From assembly GCA_018238155.1 (NCBI GenBank), contig JABCTZ010000046.1:318784-382783 (forward strand): a stretch of DNA of 64,000 nt, given 5' to 3'. The DNA is from Candidatus Heimdallarchaeota archaeon. Its GTDB lineage: Archaea > Asgardarchaeota > Heimdallarchaeia > JABLTI01. The translations under genes were made by a program, and so were the position numbers. The notes beneath the pieces were generated by a model that saw nothing but the letters and a program-made list of their open reading frames with translations, had not been told where the DNA came from and searched no databases. Numbering within the stretch: position 1 is the first letter of the stretch; each line of letters opens with the position of its first letter. Positions 20,512-30,127 of the stretch are shown here, one piece after another.

Positions 20512-21384
20512 TCATACTCCAATTGTTTTTCGGAAAAGAGCCAACGATTCTGGATGTCTAAAAACAAGCAAATCGCCTCCAGCAGCATAGAGAGATGCAG
20601 CTGTTGATGCTTCCCATAAAAATCCTCGAGGAGCAATAGGGCCCCAATCGGGATATTCAAATGCTGTTTCTCTTGCCCGCCATGCATCTTGCACGAAACA
20701 AATCATTGGTGAGGAAAGCATTTCATCCCCAGATAATGCTAAGGCTCGGATTCGTTCCATCGCAGAGAAAGTATATTCCAATCCATAACCTAAACAAGCA
20801 ACCATCGGATCGATTACAATTCTCTTTAGTGGTAGACCAAAATCAGATAGCAGTATATTCAATTGCTTTGCAATATTCACATCAATTGGAGATAAAGCTA
20901 CAATACAATGATTATATGCAAGAGCTATAGCTGTAATTGACTTGTATGTCTCAAGCTCAGCAGCACATAGTAGTAAATTGTATCCCTGCCCTAATTCCCC
21001 ACAAAGGTTAAGTATTGGTTGATCTTTTCCTACTTCGCCTGGACCGGAAATAATTAATGGGATAGAAATCTCTTGTAAAATATCCGGAAGATAATTGGTG
21101 ACATTAGATTCAGTAGAGAAATTTATGTGTAATGCATCTATCTTGAATTTTCTTTCACATAATTTTGCCCATTCAACCAGATTATCATATTGATCTTTGT
21201 ATGGATCATTTACTGTATTAGGGAATGCTAATCCACTATCTGAGATATGTAATGCTAATTTGGGTTTGTAATTTGGATCGAGAAATGGAAGGGTGGTTTG
21301 TCCACCTAAACTAATAGAGTTATTTTTTGAACCAAGAGTAACTTTGGCTATATTCCCATTAAAGGATAACTTTTCAAGACTCAT
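20512..21384 (-). CDS. acsD: Corrinoid iron-sulfur protein small (delta) subunit
   Basis: SPIDVNIAKQLN, LGYGLEYTFSAMERIR. Confidence 0.92.
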   Translation of the reverse strand: MSLEKLSFNGNIAKVTLGSKNNSISLGGQTTLPFLDPNYKPKLALHISDSGLAFPNTVNDPYKDQYDNLVEWAKLCERKFKIDALHINFSTESNVTNYLPDILQEISIPLIISGPGEVGKDQPILNLCGELGQGYNLLLCAAELETYKSITAIALAYNHCIVALSPIDVNIAKQLNILLSDFGLPLKRIVIDPMVACLGYGLEYTFSAMERIRALALSGDEMLSSPMICFVQDAWRARETAFEYPDWGPIAPRGFLWEASTAASLYAAGGDLLVFRHPESLALFRKTIGV

Positions 21385-21395
21385 TTCATATCCTC

Positions 21396-23474
21396 CTAAA
21401 AAATTGAATCCATTTTCAATGCCGGATGTTTTACTCGGTCAAGGAAACTCATTAGATCATCTAAAGATTGGACTAAGTCTTCATCAGCTATTTTCTCAAT
21501 CAACCCTGGAGCAAGATCTTCAACTCGATCGTGTAGAAACGATTTGAGTTCTTTAGGCATCCAAACTATGCGCTGTATTCCCCCCTCCGCTAACAGGAAT
21601 TTCTCAGAAACAATATAGTTTTTCCCTATACCAATAAATCCTGGAGATTGTACTCCTCCGCCCACAGTTCCTGCAAGAGTGCTAAAGGTAATACCTAGTG
21701 GTGTTGTTCCTGAGTATTCTCGAGGAACAATCATTATTCCATTTGCTTCAGGTATCACTGCAGCTATACATTCAAAACAACCACAAGATGTGAGAGGATT
21801 ATTCATAATACTATAAAGACAAATATCATCTATTGCTCCATGAGATTCTTTGCGAACGTATTGATTCACTCCTGCCCATCTACCTAGTTTAGCATCTAGT
21901 TGTTCACCAACAGAAACGGGTTGATTACCACCTGTAGGATTAATTTCAAAACTAGTTTTAGCATCTAACCAATTGACTGCTCCACATAAGCCAGTTCTTT
22001 CGGGAGAAATAATGCAAACATGATTTGGTGCGAAAGATTGACAGAGAAGACAAGAATAGAAAGTTGATACAGATTCATCCACTAAATTCTTCAGACGGTT
22101 ATCTCTTAAAAGATAGCTTTCTTTCGCTGTTGGTAAAAGCTCCTCAACTTTTGGCAGGGTAGTATAAAGCTTGACTTGAACTTTATCAACAATGCTAGAA
22201 AATAGGGAATGGATTTTGGAATAAATTATTACCCCTAGATGTCTAATTTGGAATCCTTTAGCAACAGCTTCTTTACTTATTCGGAACCAAATGAGATCAC
22301 GTTGAGCATTGTGCCATAACCCATCGGCGAAGTTAATGAAATGATGGATTTGTCTTTCAAAAACAGGCTCGAAATCTGATTGCATTTTTTTACCGGCAAC
22401 TTCTACAATAATTGCGATAGGAAGACTGGTACCTTCCTGAATATCTTTTATCTCAGGACCAATAACAGATATTTCTCCATCGTTTACTTCATCCAAAGGT
22501 TTTGTTTGTAGAAATTCAAAGGCAAGAGTTCGTCCTCCACCAAATTCAACATAAGTGTCTGGTTTTCGAATTGCTTGCCCTTCAAAAGCAAAACTATAAT
22601 TAATTGGGATGGGAATATCGTCAATAATTGGTTTAATATCTCTTAGAGCAAGACTCTGATCCACTAATTCCTTTCGCTCTTGATCTGTAAAAGTAGGTGA
22701 CAAGTAATCGATAAATGGAATGCCTGTTGCTTTTAATCCTGCAGAAATCGTCTGTAATAGATTTGTTTTCTCGCCCATAAATATAACAAATGCAGGTATT
22801 TTTTCTCCCAAATAAGCTATTAATGCTTCACTATCGCCGGGTTTCACTCCTCCAAATGATAAAGCTAAACGAATAGCAAGGTTTACTGCATGAGTAAATG
22901 CATAAAATTCATCTCCTAAGGGAACAACTAAACATTCTAAACCTGAATGTACTTTAGCTTCAAATAATTGTTTGGCTATCCCTCCAACAAATAGTGAAAG
23001 AATATTTCTCTTTTGAAAATCACTGACTAAATTCTTAACATCCTCGTTTGAATTTGCTTTACCAACAACAATTGCTAATCCGGCTATTGAACCATCAACA
23101 AGAGGAACGCCTAGCTTTCGAAAAATAGCATCAGGAATGAATCCGGTAAATGGTTGAGTGAATTTTTGATTTTTACTAAATTGTACACTCTCAATTATCT
23201 CAATAAAAACTAATGAGAACAAACCCATTTGTGTAACAGTAATTTCAACAGTATTATTTATTTCTTTTATTAGTGAATTTAGAAATGTCTTTAGGTGATC
23301 AGCAGTAGCTATTTTCTCGTTGAAAATGCTATAAATTGTTGGAAGATAATAGCCTGTTTCAGGGAAGGAAATGGTCATTTCCCCCTCTAGTTGATTCACA
23401 ACAGTTTTTGCATTCTCAAACAATTCCGTAAACCCTAGCTTGATTTGTTCTTGGTACAATTTGCGATTATTCAT
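21396..23474 (-). CDS. acsB: Acetyl-CoA synthase, bacterial-type long form
   Basis: A-cluster ligands FYSCLLCQSFAPNHVC..LCG and TSCGCFE intact; N-terminal domain FPETGYYLP / GVPLVDG, which short archaeal CdhC lacks. Confidence 0.93.
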   Translation of the reverse strand: MNNRKLYQEQIKLGFTELFENAKTVVNQLEGEMTISFPETGYYLPTIYSIFNEKIATADHLKTFLNSLIKEINNTVEITVTQMGLFSLVFIEIIESVQFSKNQKFTQPFTGFIPDAIFRKLGVPLVDGSIAGLAIVVGKANSNEDVKNLVSDFQKRNILSLFVGGIAKQLFEAKVHSGLECLVVPLGDEFYAFTHAVNLAIRLALSFGGVKPGDSEALIAYLGEKIPAFVIFMGEKTNLLQTISAGLKATGIPFIDYLSPTFTDQERKELVDQSLALRDIKPIIDDIPIPINYSFAFEGQAIRKPDTYVEFGGGRTLAFEFLQTKPLDEVNDGEISVIGPEIKDIQEGTSLPIAIIVEVAGKKMQSDFEPVFERQIHHFINFADGLWHNAQRDLIWFRISKEAVAKGFQIRHLGVIIYSKIHSLFSSIVDKVQVKLYTTLPKVEELLPTAKESYLLRDNRLKNLVDESVSTFYSCLLCQSFAPNHVCIISPERTGLCGAVNWLDAKTSFEINPTGGNQPVSVGEQLDAKLGRWAGVNQYVRKESHGAIDDICLYSIMNNPLTSCGCFECIAAVIPEANGIMIVPREYSGTTPLGITFSTLAGTVGGGVQSPGFIGIGKNYIVSEKFLLAEGGIQRIVWMPKELKSFLHDRVEDLAPGLIEKIADEDLVQSLDDLMSFLDRVKHPALKMDSIF

Positions 23475-23520
23475 AGAAGCGTTTTTATTGGATTCTATTT
23501 ATAATATTTTGTGAGAGTAT

Positions 23521-23536
23521 TATTCCAATTGGAATA
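23521..23536. promoter_or_regulatory. Perfect 16-bp palindrome, putative operator of the HTH-CBS regulator
   Basis: TATTCCAATTGGAATA in the 80-bp divergent intergenic region, next to a TATA-like ATTTATAA (23497-23504). Confidence 0.65.
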
Positions 23537-23554
23537 TTTGGGATATGGCAAAAA

Positions 23555-24130
23555 ATGTTTCCAGATTTGTCTGAAATTAAACGAAGAAGGAAAATATTGG
23601 GACTAACTCAAAAAGAATTAGCTGAAATTGCTGATGTTAGTCAATCTCTGATAACAAAAATCGAAAAAGAGATGATTAGTCCTTCGTATCACTTGGTTAT
23701 TAAAATCTTTGAGAGTATTAGAGATTTGGAGAACGAAACTAATCAAAAAGCAAAGGATATTATGTCTTATCCAATTGTTACAGTATCTCCTGATGATACT
23801 TTGGAGAATGTTACGATGGTAATGCGAAAACATGCTTTCTCTCAATTACCAGTTTTAAACTCAAAAGATTCATGTATCGGAAGTATCAGCGACCGAATAA
23901 TAATTAGTCTTGTATCAAAGTCACTTGATGAGAAATTTGATTTTGATTCGGTAGCAGATCTTAAAGTAAAAGAAGTAATGGGTGATTCTTTTCCAGTTAT
24001 ACCATCAAAAACACCTCTAAACGCAATTTCTACATTATTGCAAACAGTGCCTGCAGTTTTAGTGATGGAAGGTAGAGAAATAATGGGAATTATAACACGA
24101 GCAGACATGTTCGAGATCTTCATAAAATAA
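23555..24130 (+). CDS. XRE-HTH plus CBS-pair transcriptional regulator
   Basis: RRKILGLTQKELAEIADVSQSLITKIE followed by two CBS domains. Confidence 0.9.
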   Translation: MFPDLSEIKRRRKILGLTQKELAEIADVSQSLITKIEKEMISPSYHLVIKIFESIRDLENETNQKAKDIMSYPIVTVSPDDTLENVTMVMRKHAFSQLPVLNSKDSCIGSISDRIIISLVSKSLDEKFDFDSVADLKVKEVMGDSFPVIPSKTPLNAISTLLQTVPAVLVMEGREIMGIITRADMFEIFIK

Positions 24131-24197
24131 TCTATTGTTGGTATTCATTCAAAGCTATTTTTCTTATTTATTATTCTTAACTAGGTAAAAAAATGAG

Positions 24198-24286
24198 TGT
24201 GTCTCCGAGTAACTATGATCAGTCCTTATCGGGTGCTAGCCAAGCATTGGTCCCGACTCAACTTGTCGGATTTCTTCACAGACACA
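24198..24286 (-). ncRNA. Probable box C/D guide sRNA targeting 23S rRNA (H69 and H70-71 region)
   Basis: Terminal stem TGTGTC/GACACA; k-turn GTGAAGA/TCGGA; guides antisense to CTTGTCGG and GTAACTATGA, which I recall as conserved 23S segments; internal stem GTCGGG/CCCGAT. Confidence 0.65.
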
Positions 24287-24439
24287 TATAACCTTTCAAG
24301 CTAATCTCTCAAAAGCTTTTCTAAACATATACATTAAATATTAAAGAAAAAAAGACTTTAGATTTAATTTAACTAGGACAAGCTATAATAACGTGTATTG
24401 CTATATTTCATGTAATGAACAAAGGAGCTGAATTTCATA

Positions 24440-25081
24440 ATGACCAATGATACAAACAACGATTCAAAAGTTCATATGGAAATATCTGAAGTAATGACTT
24501 CAACTGTTCATACTATTTCTCCTAGTGAATCTGTAGAAGCAGCTGCAAAGAAAATGCTAGAACATAAAGTTGGTAGCATAATAATACAATCAAAAGAAGT
24601 TAAACCGAAACCTTTGGGTATTATAACAGAACGTGATATTGTTACTCGAGTAGTCGCCATTGGAAAGAATCCTGCAAAAATACCTGTTGATGAAATAGCT
24701 ACTCGTCCTGTTATCACAGCTCCTCCATCCCTAGATGTTGCTGAAGCAATGTCATTAATGGCTCGTTTAAATATTAGAAGATTAATTGTTGTTGAAGGAA
24801 ACAATGTTAGTGGTATTTGTACCTATCGAGATCTATTAAGAGTTGCTCCAAGTTTAATTGAAGTAGCATTTGAATATGAAAAAATTGGTTTTAGAAAAAA
24901 ACAACATCCAAATGAAATCGACACTGTATATGAAGATTATGACAAAGATTCAGAGCTAAATAATCAAGATTTAACTCTTGGATTCTATTGTACGATGTGT
25001 GGTGACAGGTTTGATGACGCTCCTTTTGGAGATGACGATCAACCATTATGTAGTGATTGCTTTGCTTCTCGAGACAATTAA
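24440..25081 (+). CDS. CBS-pair protein with C-terminal Zn ribbon
   Basis: Two CBS domains (GIITERDIV); CTMC..CSDC. Confidence 0.85.
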   Translation: MTNDTNNDSKVHMEISEVMTSTVHTISPSESVEAAAKKMLEHKVGSIIIQSKEVKPKPLGIITERDIVTRVVAIGKNPAKIPVDEIATRPVITAPPSLDVAEAMSLMARLNIRRLIVVEGNNVSGICTYRDLLRVAPSLIEVAFEYEKIGFRKKQHPNEIDTVYEDYDKDSELNNQDLTLGFYCTMCGDRFDDAPFGDDDQPLCSDCFASRDN

Positions 25082-25198
25082 CTTTTGAGTAAGTAATAGC
25101 AATGAATAAAAAAGTGATTATTAAATCACAACACAAGATAATCATAAAGTTGAAAGAAGGAAATTAAAAGAAAAAAAGTATTATTTTGGAGGAATTTT

Positions 25199-25999
25199 AT
25201 GAAAGTTTCAGAAGTAATGTCAATAAACTATGGTACTATCGATAAAGAACAAATGCTCTCCAATGCACTTACCGTTATGCGAAAGAAAAAACATATTTCG
25301 CGATTGGTTGTGCTAGACAAAGATAAACCAGTAGGAGTCATCTCTTTTAGAGATGTCGCTGATCGGTTAGGAACATATAAAACAGACGGCATTTCTCCAA
25401 CAAGCCTTAGAGTTTCAAGTGCAATGTCCTTCCCTATTATCTCTATTGAATCAGATACTGAACTAATAGATGCAGCTAAAATGATGACAGAGCAGAATAT
25501 TTCATCACTTCTAGTTATAGATGAAGAAGAATTGAAAGGATTATTAACAAAGCACAATCTTTTAACAATTGCTCTTCGTTGCAAGAAGATTAAAGTTAAA
25601 GATATGATGACTCCCGAACCAAAGCAAATAAGCTCTAGTGAAAGAGTTATGGCAGCACGAAATATTATGTTTACTAATAATTTCAGCGCTTTGCCAGTTG
25701 TTGACGAAGATAAATTAGTCGGTATTGTAGATGATCAAATAATTGCAGATGCATTAGCAAAACTTCGTGAAAAAGTACCTAGAAAACACCAAAAGCATCG
25801 TTTAGATGAATATTATATTGGACAAGTAATGAGATTGTTACCTCCAACTATTGATGAAAATGCTCCACTATGTGATTTAATTCAAGTATTCATCAATACA
25901 CATGCGAAAGCCGTTTTTGTTATAAACAAAGATGAACAATTGGTTGGAATATTATCTGTAACAGATATTGCCCATGCAATTGCAGAAGAAAGAATTTAA
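25199..25999 (+). CDS. Four-CBS-domain protein
   Basis: Repeated VxxVM...LxVxD..LxGI motifs. Confidence 0.85.
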   Translation: MKVSEVMSINYGTIDKEQMLSNALTVMRKKKHISRLVVLDKDKPVGVISFRDVADRLGTYKTDGISPTSLRVSSAMSFPIISIESDTELIDAAKMMTEQNISSLLVIDEEELKGLLTKHNLLTIALRCKKIKVKDMMTPEPKQISSSERVMAARNIMFTNNFSALPVVDEDKLVGIVDDQIIADALAKLREKVPRKHQKHRLDEYYIGQVMRLLPPTIDENAPLCDLIQVFINTHAKAVFVINKDEQLVGILSVTDIAHAIAEERI

Positions 26000-26005
26000 T
26001 TTTAA

Positions 26006-27370
26006 ATGAATTTGGAGTTCTTCCCATTGACAATCGATCTCAATATTGTTAATGGAAATCTCTTCCTTGGCTCTGAATTTCGACAAGGAGGAATTTCCAT
26101 TGAAGGTGAACGTATAATTAAGATTGGGAAAGAACCTTCCCTACCTAAAGCGTCTCAAAAAATTGATGCTAAAGGAGCAATTGTTATTCCGGGGATAATA
26201 GATATCCATGTTCATTTTCGTGATTTACAACAAAAGTATAAAGAAACCTTAGTAACAGGAACGAAGTCCGCTCTCGCGGGTGGAATAACAACAGTTTTGG
26301 ATATGCCAAATAACAAACCCCCCACAGATTCTGTTAGAAAACTACAAGAAAAAAAAGCTCTCATTCAAAACAAAGCAGCAGTAAATATTGGATTTTATAG
26401 TTTATTCCCAAAAAATAATTCAGAAATTGCAAGGTTAGCAAATGAAGGAATATTTGGATTTAAAATATATCCCGCAGATAAAAATTATCCACCAAAAGAT
26501 TTTGATTCCTTAAATATAGCATTAAAGGAAATTGCTAGCACAAAACTACCTGTTATCATTCATCCCGACAATGGATTTGCAGGTGAAACTGAAGAACAAT
26601 TATTTGCTACTGATTTGCCACTAATTGATGGTTTTATTAAAGCTCATAATCAACTGGAAGAAGCACAAGCACTCAAGACTTTTATTGATTTATCAAACAA
26701 AGTAGATGGAAAACTACATTGTGCTCATGTAACAGCCAAAGAAACTGTTGAGATAATTACTAAAAATAAAGAACTTCAAATGCTCTCAAGTGAAGTATGT
26801 CCCCATCATCTAATTCTAAGTGTAAAGGAATTACATAAATTAAAGTCCCAAGCGAAGTGCTTACCACCTCTAAGAACAAAGCAAGATCAAGATGCTCTTT
26901 GGGATGCATTGAATAATGATTTGATTAATATTATTTCAACAGATCATGCTCCTCACTCATATGAAGAAAAGCATTGCGAGTTTGAAGTTGCTGCATCTGG
27001 TATCCACGGTCTTGAAACACTGCTGCCAATCATGTTCACACAAGCATTAAGAGGTATGATTTCTTTTGAGAAACTAATACCAAAAATGACGACAAATCCT
27101 GCAAAATTAATGGGTATTACTCAGAGAGGAGAATTATTGGAAGGCAACTTTGCTGACATTGTTATTCTCAAAAAGAAGAAATACCAAATTGTTTCAGATG
27201 AATTTGAATCTAAAGCAAAATGGTCCCCCTTTGATGGATTTACAGTTAATTTTCTTCCGGATTATGTACTAGTTAACGGAGCTGTATCAAAAGAAGATGA
27301 ATACATCTGTTCTAAAGTTTCTTCTGGAAAAATAATTAATAATTCAAACGAAAAATTAATTATTGAATAA
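26006..27370 (+). CDS. pyrC: Dihydroorotase (amidohydrolase family)
   Basis: IDIHVHFRD, AGGITTVLDMPN, EVCPHHL, TDHAPH. Confidence 0.85.
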   Translation: MNLEFFPLTIDLNIVNGNLFLGSEFRQGGISIEGERIIKIGKEPSLPKASQKIDAKGAIVIPGIIDIHVHFRDLQQKYKETLVTGTKSALAGGITTVLDMPNNKPPTDSVRKLQEKKALIQNKAAVNIGFYSLFPKNNSEIARLANEGIFGFKIYPADKNYPPKDFDSLNIALKEIASTKLPVIIHPDNGFAGETEEQLFATDLPLIDGFIKAHNQLEEAQALKTFIDLSNKVDGKLHCAHVTAKETVEIITKNKELQMLSSEVCPHHLILSVKELHKLKSQAKCLPPLRTKQDQDALWDALNNDLINIISTDHAPHSYEEKHCEFEVAASGIHGLETLLPIMFTQALRGMISFEKLIPKMTTNPAKLMGITQRGELLEGNFADIVILKKKKYQIVSDEFESKAKWSPFDGFTVNFLPDYVLVNGAVSKEDEYICSKVSSGKIINNSNEKLIIE

Positions 27371-27397
27371 TCAAATAAAAGTAGATTTAATCAGTAG

Positions 27398-27913
27398 GTG
27401 AAGGTTATTAGTAACGAAAGTCTTAGGAAACAAAAATTCATTGTTGATAAAATGTATCGTAAATTATCAAGGTGGTTACGAATTTTAGGGTATGATACGA
27501 TTTTTGTTTCACTTCTTAATGATAATGAAGTTCTAAATTTAGCAAGTTCAGAGAACAGGTTTCTGATTACTCGAGATGAAGATTTAGAACAAAAAGCAAA
27601 AAAGTTGAAAATTAAAACATTCAATGTAAATGGAAAAACAATTGAAGAGAGATTGGTTAAATTGCAAAAAACAACAGGAATAGAGTTAACTATGCCAAGT
27701 GAAATAATCTCTCGTTGTTCAAAATGTAACAGTAAAATTGAATCTATTAATAAAGAAAAAATTCTTGACCGAATTTTGGACGGAACAGAAAAACAATTTG
27801 ATGCTTTCTGGATATGTACAAATGATAAATGTAAACATATATTTTGGAAAGGACATCATTGGGAAGAAATCGCTAACTCCCTTAAAATTTGTCAAGAATT
27901 GATAGATTCATGA
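27398..27913 (+). CDS. Mut7-C family PIN RNase
   Basis: FIVDKM..LSRWLRILGYD, ITRD, RCSKCN, FWKGHHW. Confidence 0.85.
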   Translation: MKVISNESLRKQKFIVDKMYRKLSRWLRILGYDTIFVSLLNDNEVLNLASSENRFLITRDEDLEQKAKKLKIKTFNVNGKTIEERLVKLQKTTGIELTMPSEIISRCSKCNSKIESINKEKILDRILDGTEKQFDAFWICTNDKCKHIFWKGHHWEEIANSLKICQELIDS

Positions 27914-27977
27914 AAAGATGTTTGCTGAAAAGTAAAAATATAATTGAAAAGTATGTAATCGATATTGCATAATTTAT

Positions 27978-28625
27978 TTGGTGAGTAAAATGTCAAACGA
28001 AAACACTGATCAAGAATATAGCTTAGAGGATGGTCAATTTCTTGTTAAGTTAGCAAGAAATTCAATAATCCATTACTTGACATTTGATGAACTGATAGAA
28101 CAACCAAAAAAAACTCCAGAGAAGTTCTTACAAGATTCAGGTGTTTTTGTTACACTAAATAAATTAGAGCAAAATAAGTCCAAAAGTCTTAGAGGATGTA
28201 TTGGATTTCCATTACCAGTTTATCCCTTAGTAACTGCTATAATTCAAGCATCAAAAAGTGCTGCTATTGGAGATCCGAGATTTCCCATAGTAACTATTGA
28301 GGAATTGAAGAACATCGTTGTAGAAGTTACCGTTTTAACCCCCCCTCAAGAATTGAAGGTAAATGATCCAAAGGAATACCTTCAGAAAATCAAAATAGGT
28401 CGAGATGGTCTTATCGTTCGGAACGGTATAAGAAGTGGTTTGCTTTTACCCCAAGTTCCAATAGATTGGGGATGGAATGTAAAAGAGTTCCTAGAACATA
28501 CTTGTAATAAAGCTGATCTGCCAAAAGATTGCTGGAAAGACTCCAAAACAACTATTAAATCTTTCAGTGGAATTATTTTCCAAGAAGAAGAACCAAATGG
28601 TAAAGTTGTTCAAGAGGAAATATGA
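27978..28625 (+). CDS. AMMECR1 family protein
   Basis: LRGCIG, DPRF, GLLLPQVP. Confidence 0.92.
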   Translation: MVSKMSNENTDQEYSLEDGQFLVKLARNSIIHYLTFDELIEQPKKTPEKFLQDSGVFVTLNKLEQNKSKSLRGCIGFPLPVYPLVTAIIQASKSAAIGDPRFPIVTIEELKNIVVEVTVLTPPQELKVNDPKEYLQKIKIGRDGLIVRNGIRSGLLLPQVPIDWGWNVKEFLEHTCNKADLPKDCWKDSKTTIKSFSGIIFQEEEPNGKVVQEEI

Positions 28626-28825
28626 ATAAAATAAGAATAGTTTCTAATGAATTTTCATATCGCTAGATGTACCTGATATGAAATTCAATGTAAAAAAGAG
28701 AGAACTTAAAACGATATTTTGAGTATATTAGACATAATCCCCATCTAATTAATTAAACAAAATATTAATAAAATATTCTTTCTAAGCATATAATGAAGAA
28801 ACAATCGCTTTGATTTTTTAAAAAT

Positions 28826-29827
28826 TTGAAGAATGGTGGAAATTATATGGAATATCAAAAGTTAGGCAATACAGGCTTAAAGATTTCAAAAATGGTTTTA
28901 GGAACAATGCAAATGGGATGGAGAATAGATGAAGAAACTTCATTTCAAATAATGGATAGAGCGATAGAGCTCGGAATAAACATGTTTGACACCGCAGACA
29001 TTTACAGCAAATGGTCAGATGATAGTTATCCCGGAAAAACAGAAGAAATAATCGGCAAATGGTTAAAAGACAGAGAAACTCGAGACGATCTAATATTAGC
29101 AACAAAATTGTACGGAGAAATGGGTGAAGATGTTAATAATCGAGGATTATCTAGAAGGCACATCCACCAAGCAGTTATTGCTAGCCTAAAGAGATTGCAA
29201 ACAGATTGGATAGATATCTACTTCACACATACTTTTGATGAAGATACACCTGCAGAGGAAACATTACGAACATTTACTTCACTAATTGAAAAAGGAAAAA
29301 TAAACTATATTGGAGCCTCGAATCACCCTGCTTGGAGAATTATGCAATCATTATGGATAAGTGATAAATATAATTTAGCAAGATACGAACTATTACAACC
29401 AGTCTACAATATTGCCAGAAGAAAAACATTCGAACAAGAAATAGAACCAATTGTACAAGAATATAATCTAGGAGTAACTACATATAGTCCATTAGGAGGA
29501 GGGTTTCTAACAGGAAAATATTCACCAACAAAAAAAGTGGAGACACCAAGATATGATAATGTTAAGAAAAGATACTTCAAAGATAAGAATTTTGAGATTC
29601 TCAAAACGATAAAGAAAATGGCTACAGAAAAGGATGCTTCAATGGCTCAAATTGCTTTGCTGTGGGTTATTCATAAAGAGAATATTACCGCGCCAATTAT
29701 TGGAGCAAACTCAATAGAACAGCTGGAAGAAAATATTGGCGCAATGGATATAAAACTCTCAAAAGACAATTTGAAAGAATTAGAAGAAGCCTCTGAATGG
29801 GTGACTTTAGATCAATTAACTCGGTAA
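28826..29827 (+). CDS. Aldo/keto reductase
   Basis: FDTADIY, ILATK, SLKRLQTDWID, YSPLGGGFLTGKY. Confidence 0.92.
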   Translation: MKNGGNYMEYQKLGNTGLKISKMVLGTMQMGWRIDEETSFQIMDRAIELGINMFDTADIYSKWSDDSYPGKTEEIIGKWLKDRETRDDLILATKLYGEMGEDVNNRGLSRRHIHQAVIASLKRLQTDWIDIYFTHTFDEDTPAEETLRTFTSLIEKGKINYIGASNHPAWRIMQSLWISDKYNLARYELLQPVYNIARRKTFEQEIEPIVQEYNLGVTTYSPLGGGFLTGKYSPTKKVETPRYDNVKKRYFKDKNFEILKTIKKMATEKDASMAQIALLWVIHKENITAPIIGANSIEQLEENIGAMDIKLSKDNLKELEEASEWVTLDQLTR

Positions 29828-29838
29828 AGGGGCATAAA

Positions 29839-30028
29839 TTACAGTTTAGAATTTACGATTAAGAAGAATCCGTACCTTTGTTTCTAAACTGTAAATTTAA
29901 TATAAGATTAAGACTAATGATAACTTGGAGAGTAAAAATATATTTTTAATTTACTCTCCGAATCCCATAAACCTCTCTCCCCAATAAATAACTCCCTTTT
30001 CCTGTGACGGGGGATTAAATCCCTCGTC
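29839..30028. repeat. Cluster of three inverted repeats
   Basis: 13-bp IR 29839-29851/29882-29894; 10-bp IR 29927-29936/29950-29959; 11-bp near-palindrome 30006-30016/30018-30028. Confidence 0.6.
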
Positions 30029-30127
30029 CTTAAATTACCTTCAAACGATTTTGATGTAACCAAAAAAATTATCCAGCGGTTCATGTCATTTTAAATACTC
30101 TAATAAATAATAAGAAAATAATAGCTT

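Noticed and set aside
15442-23474. Complete Wood-Ljungdahl carbon-fixation cluster
   Set aside because: No CODH, AcsE or methyl-branch genes in the window; the context is methionine synthesis. The rest of the genome is unseen.
3026-24400. Intact integrative element with an att duplication of the tRNA 3' end
   Set aside because: No integrase and no second copy of CCCGCCCTCGACA found by eye; only 'island-like' is supported.
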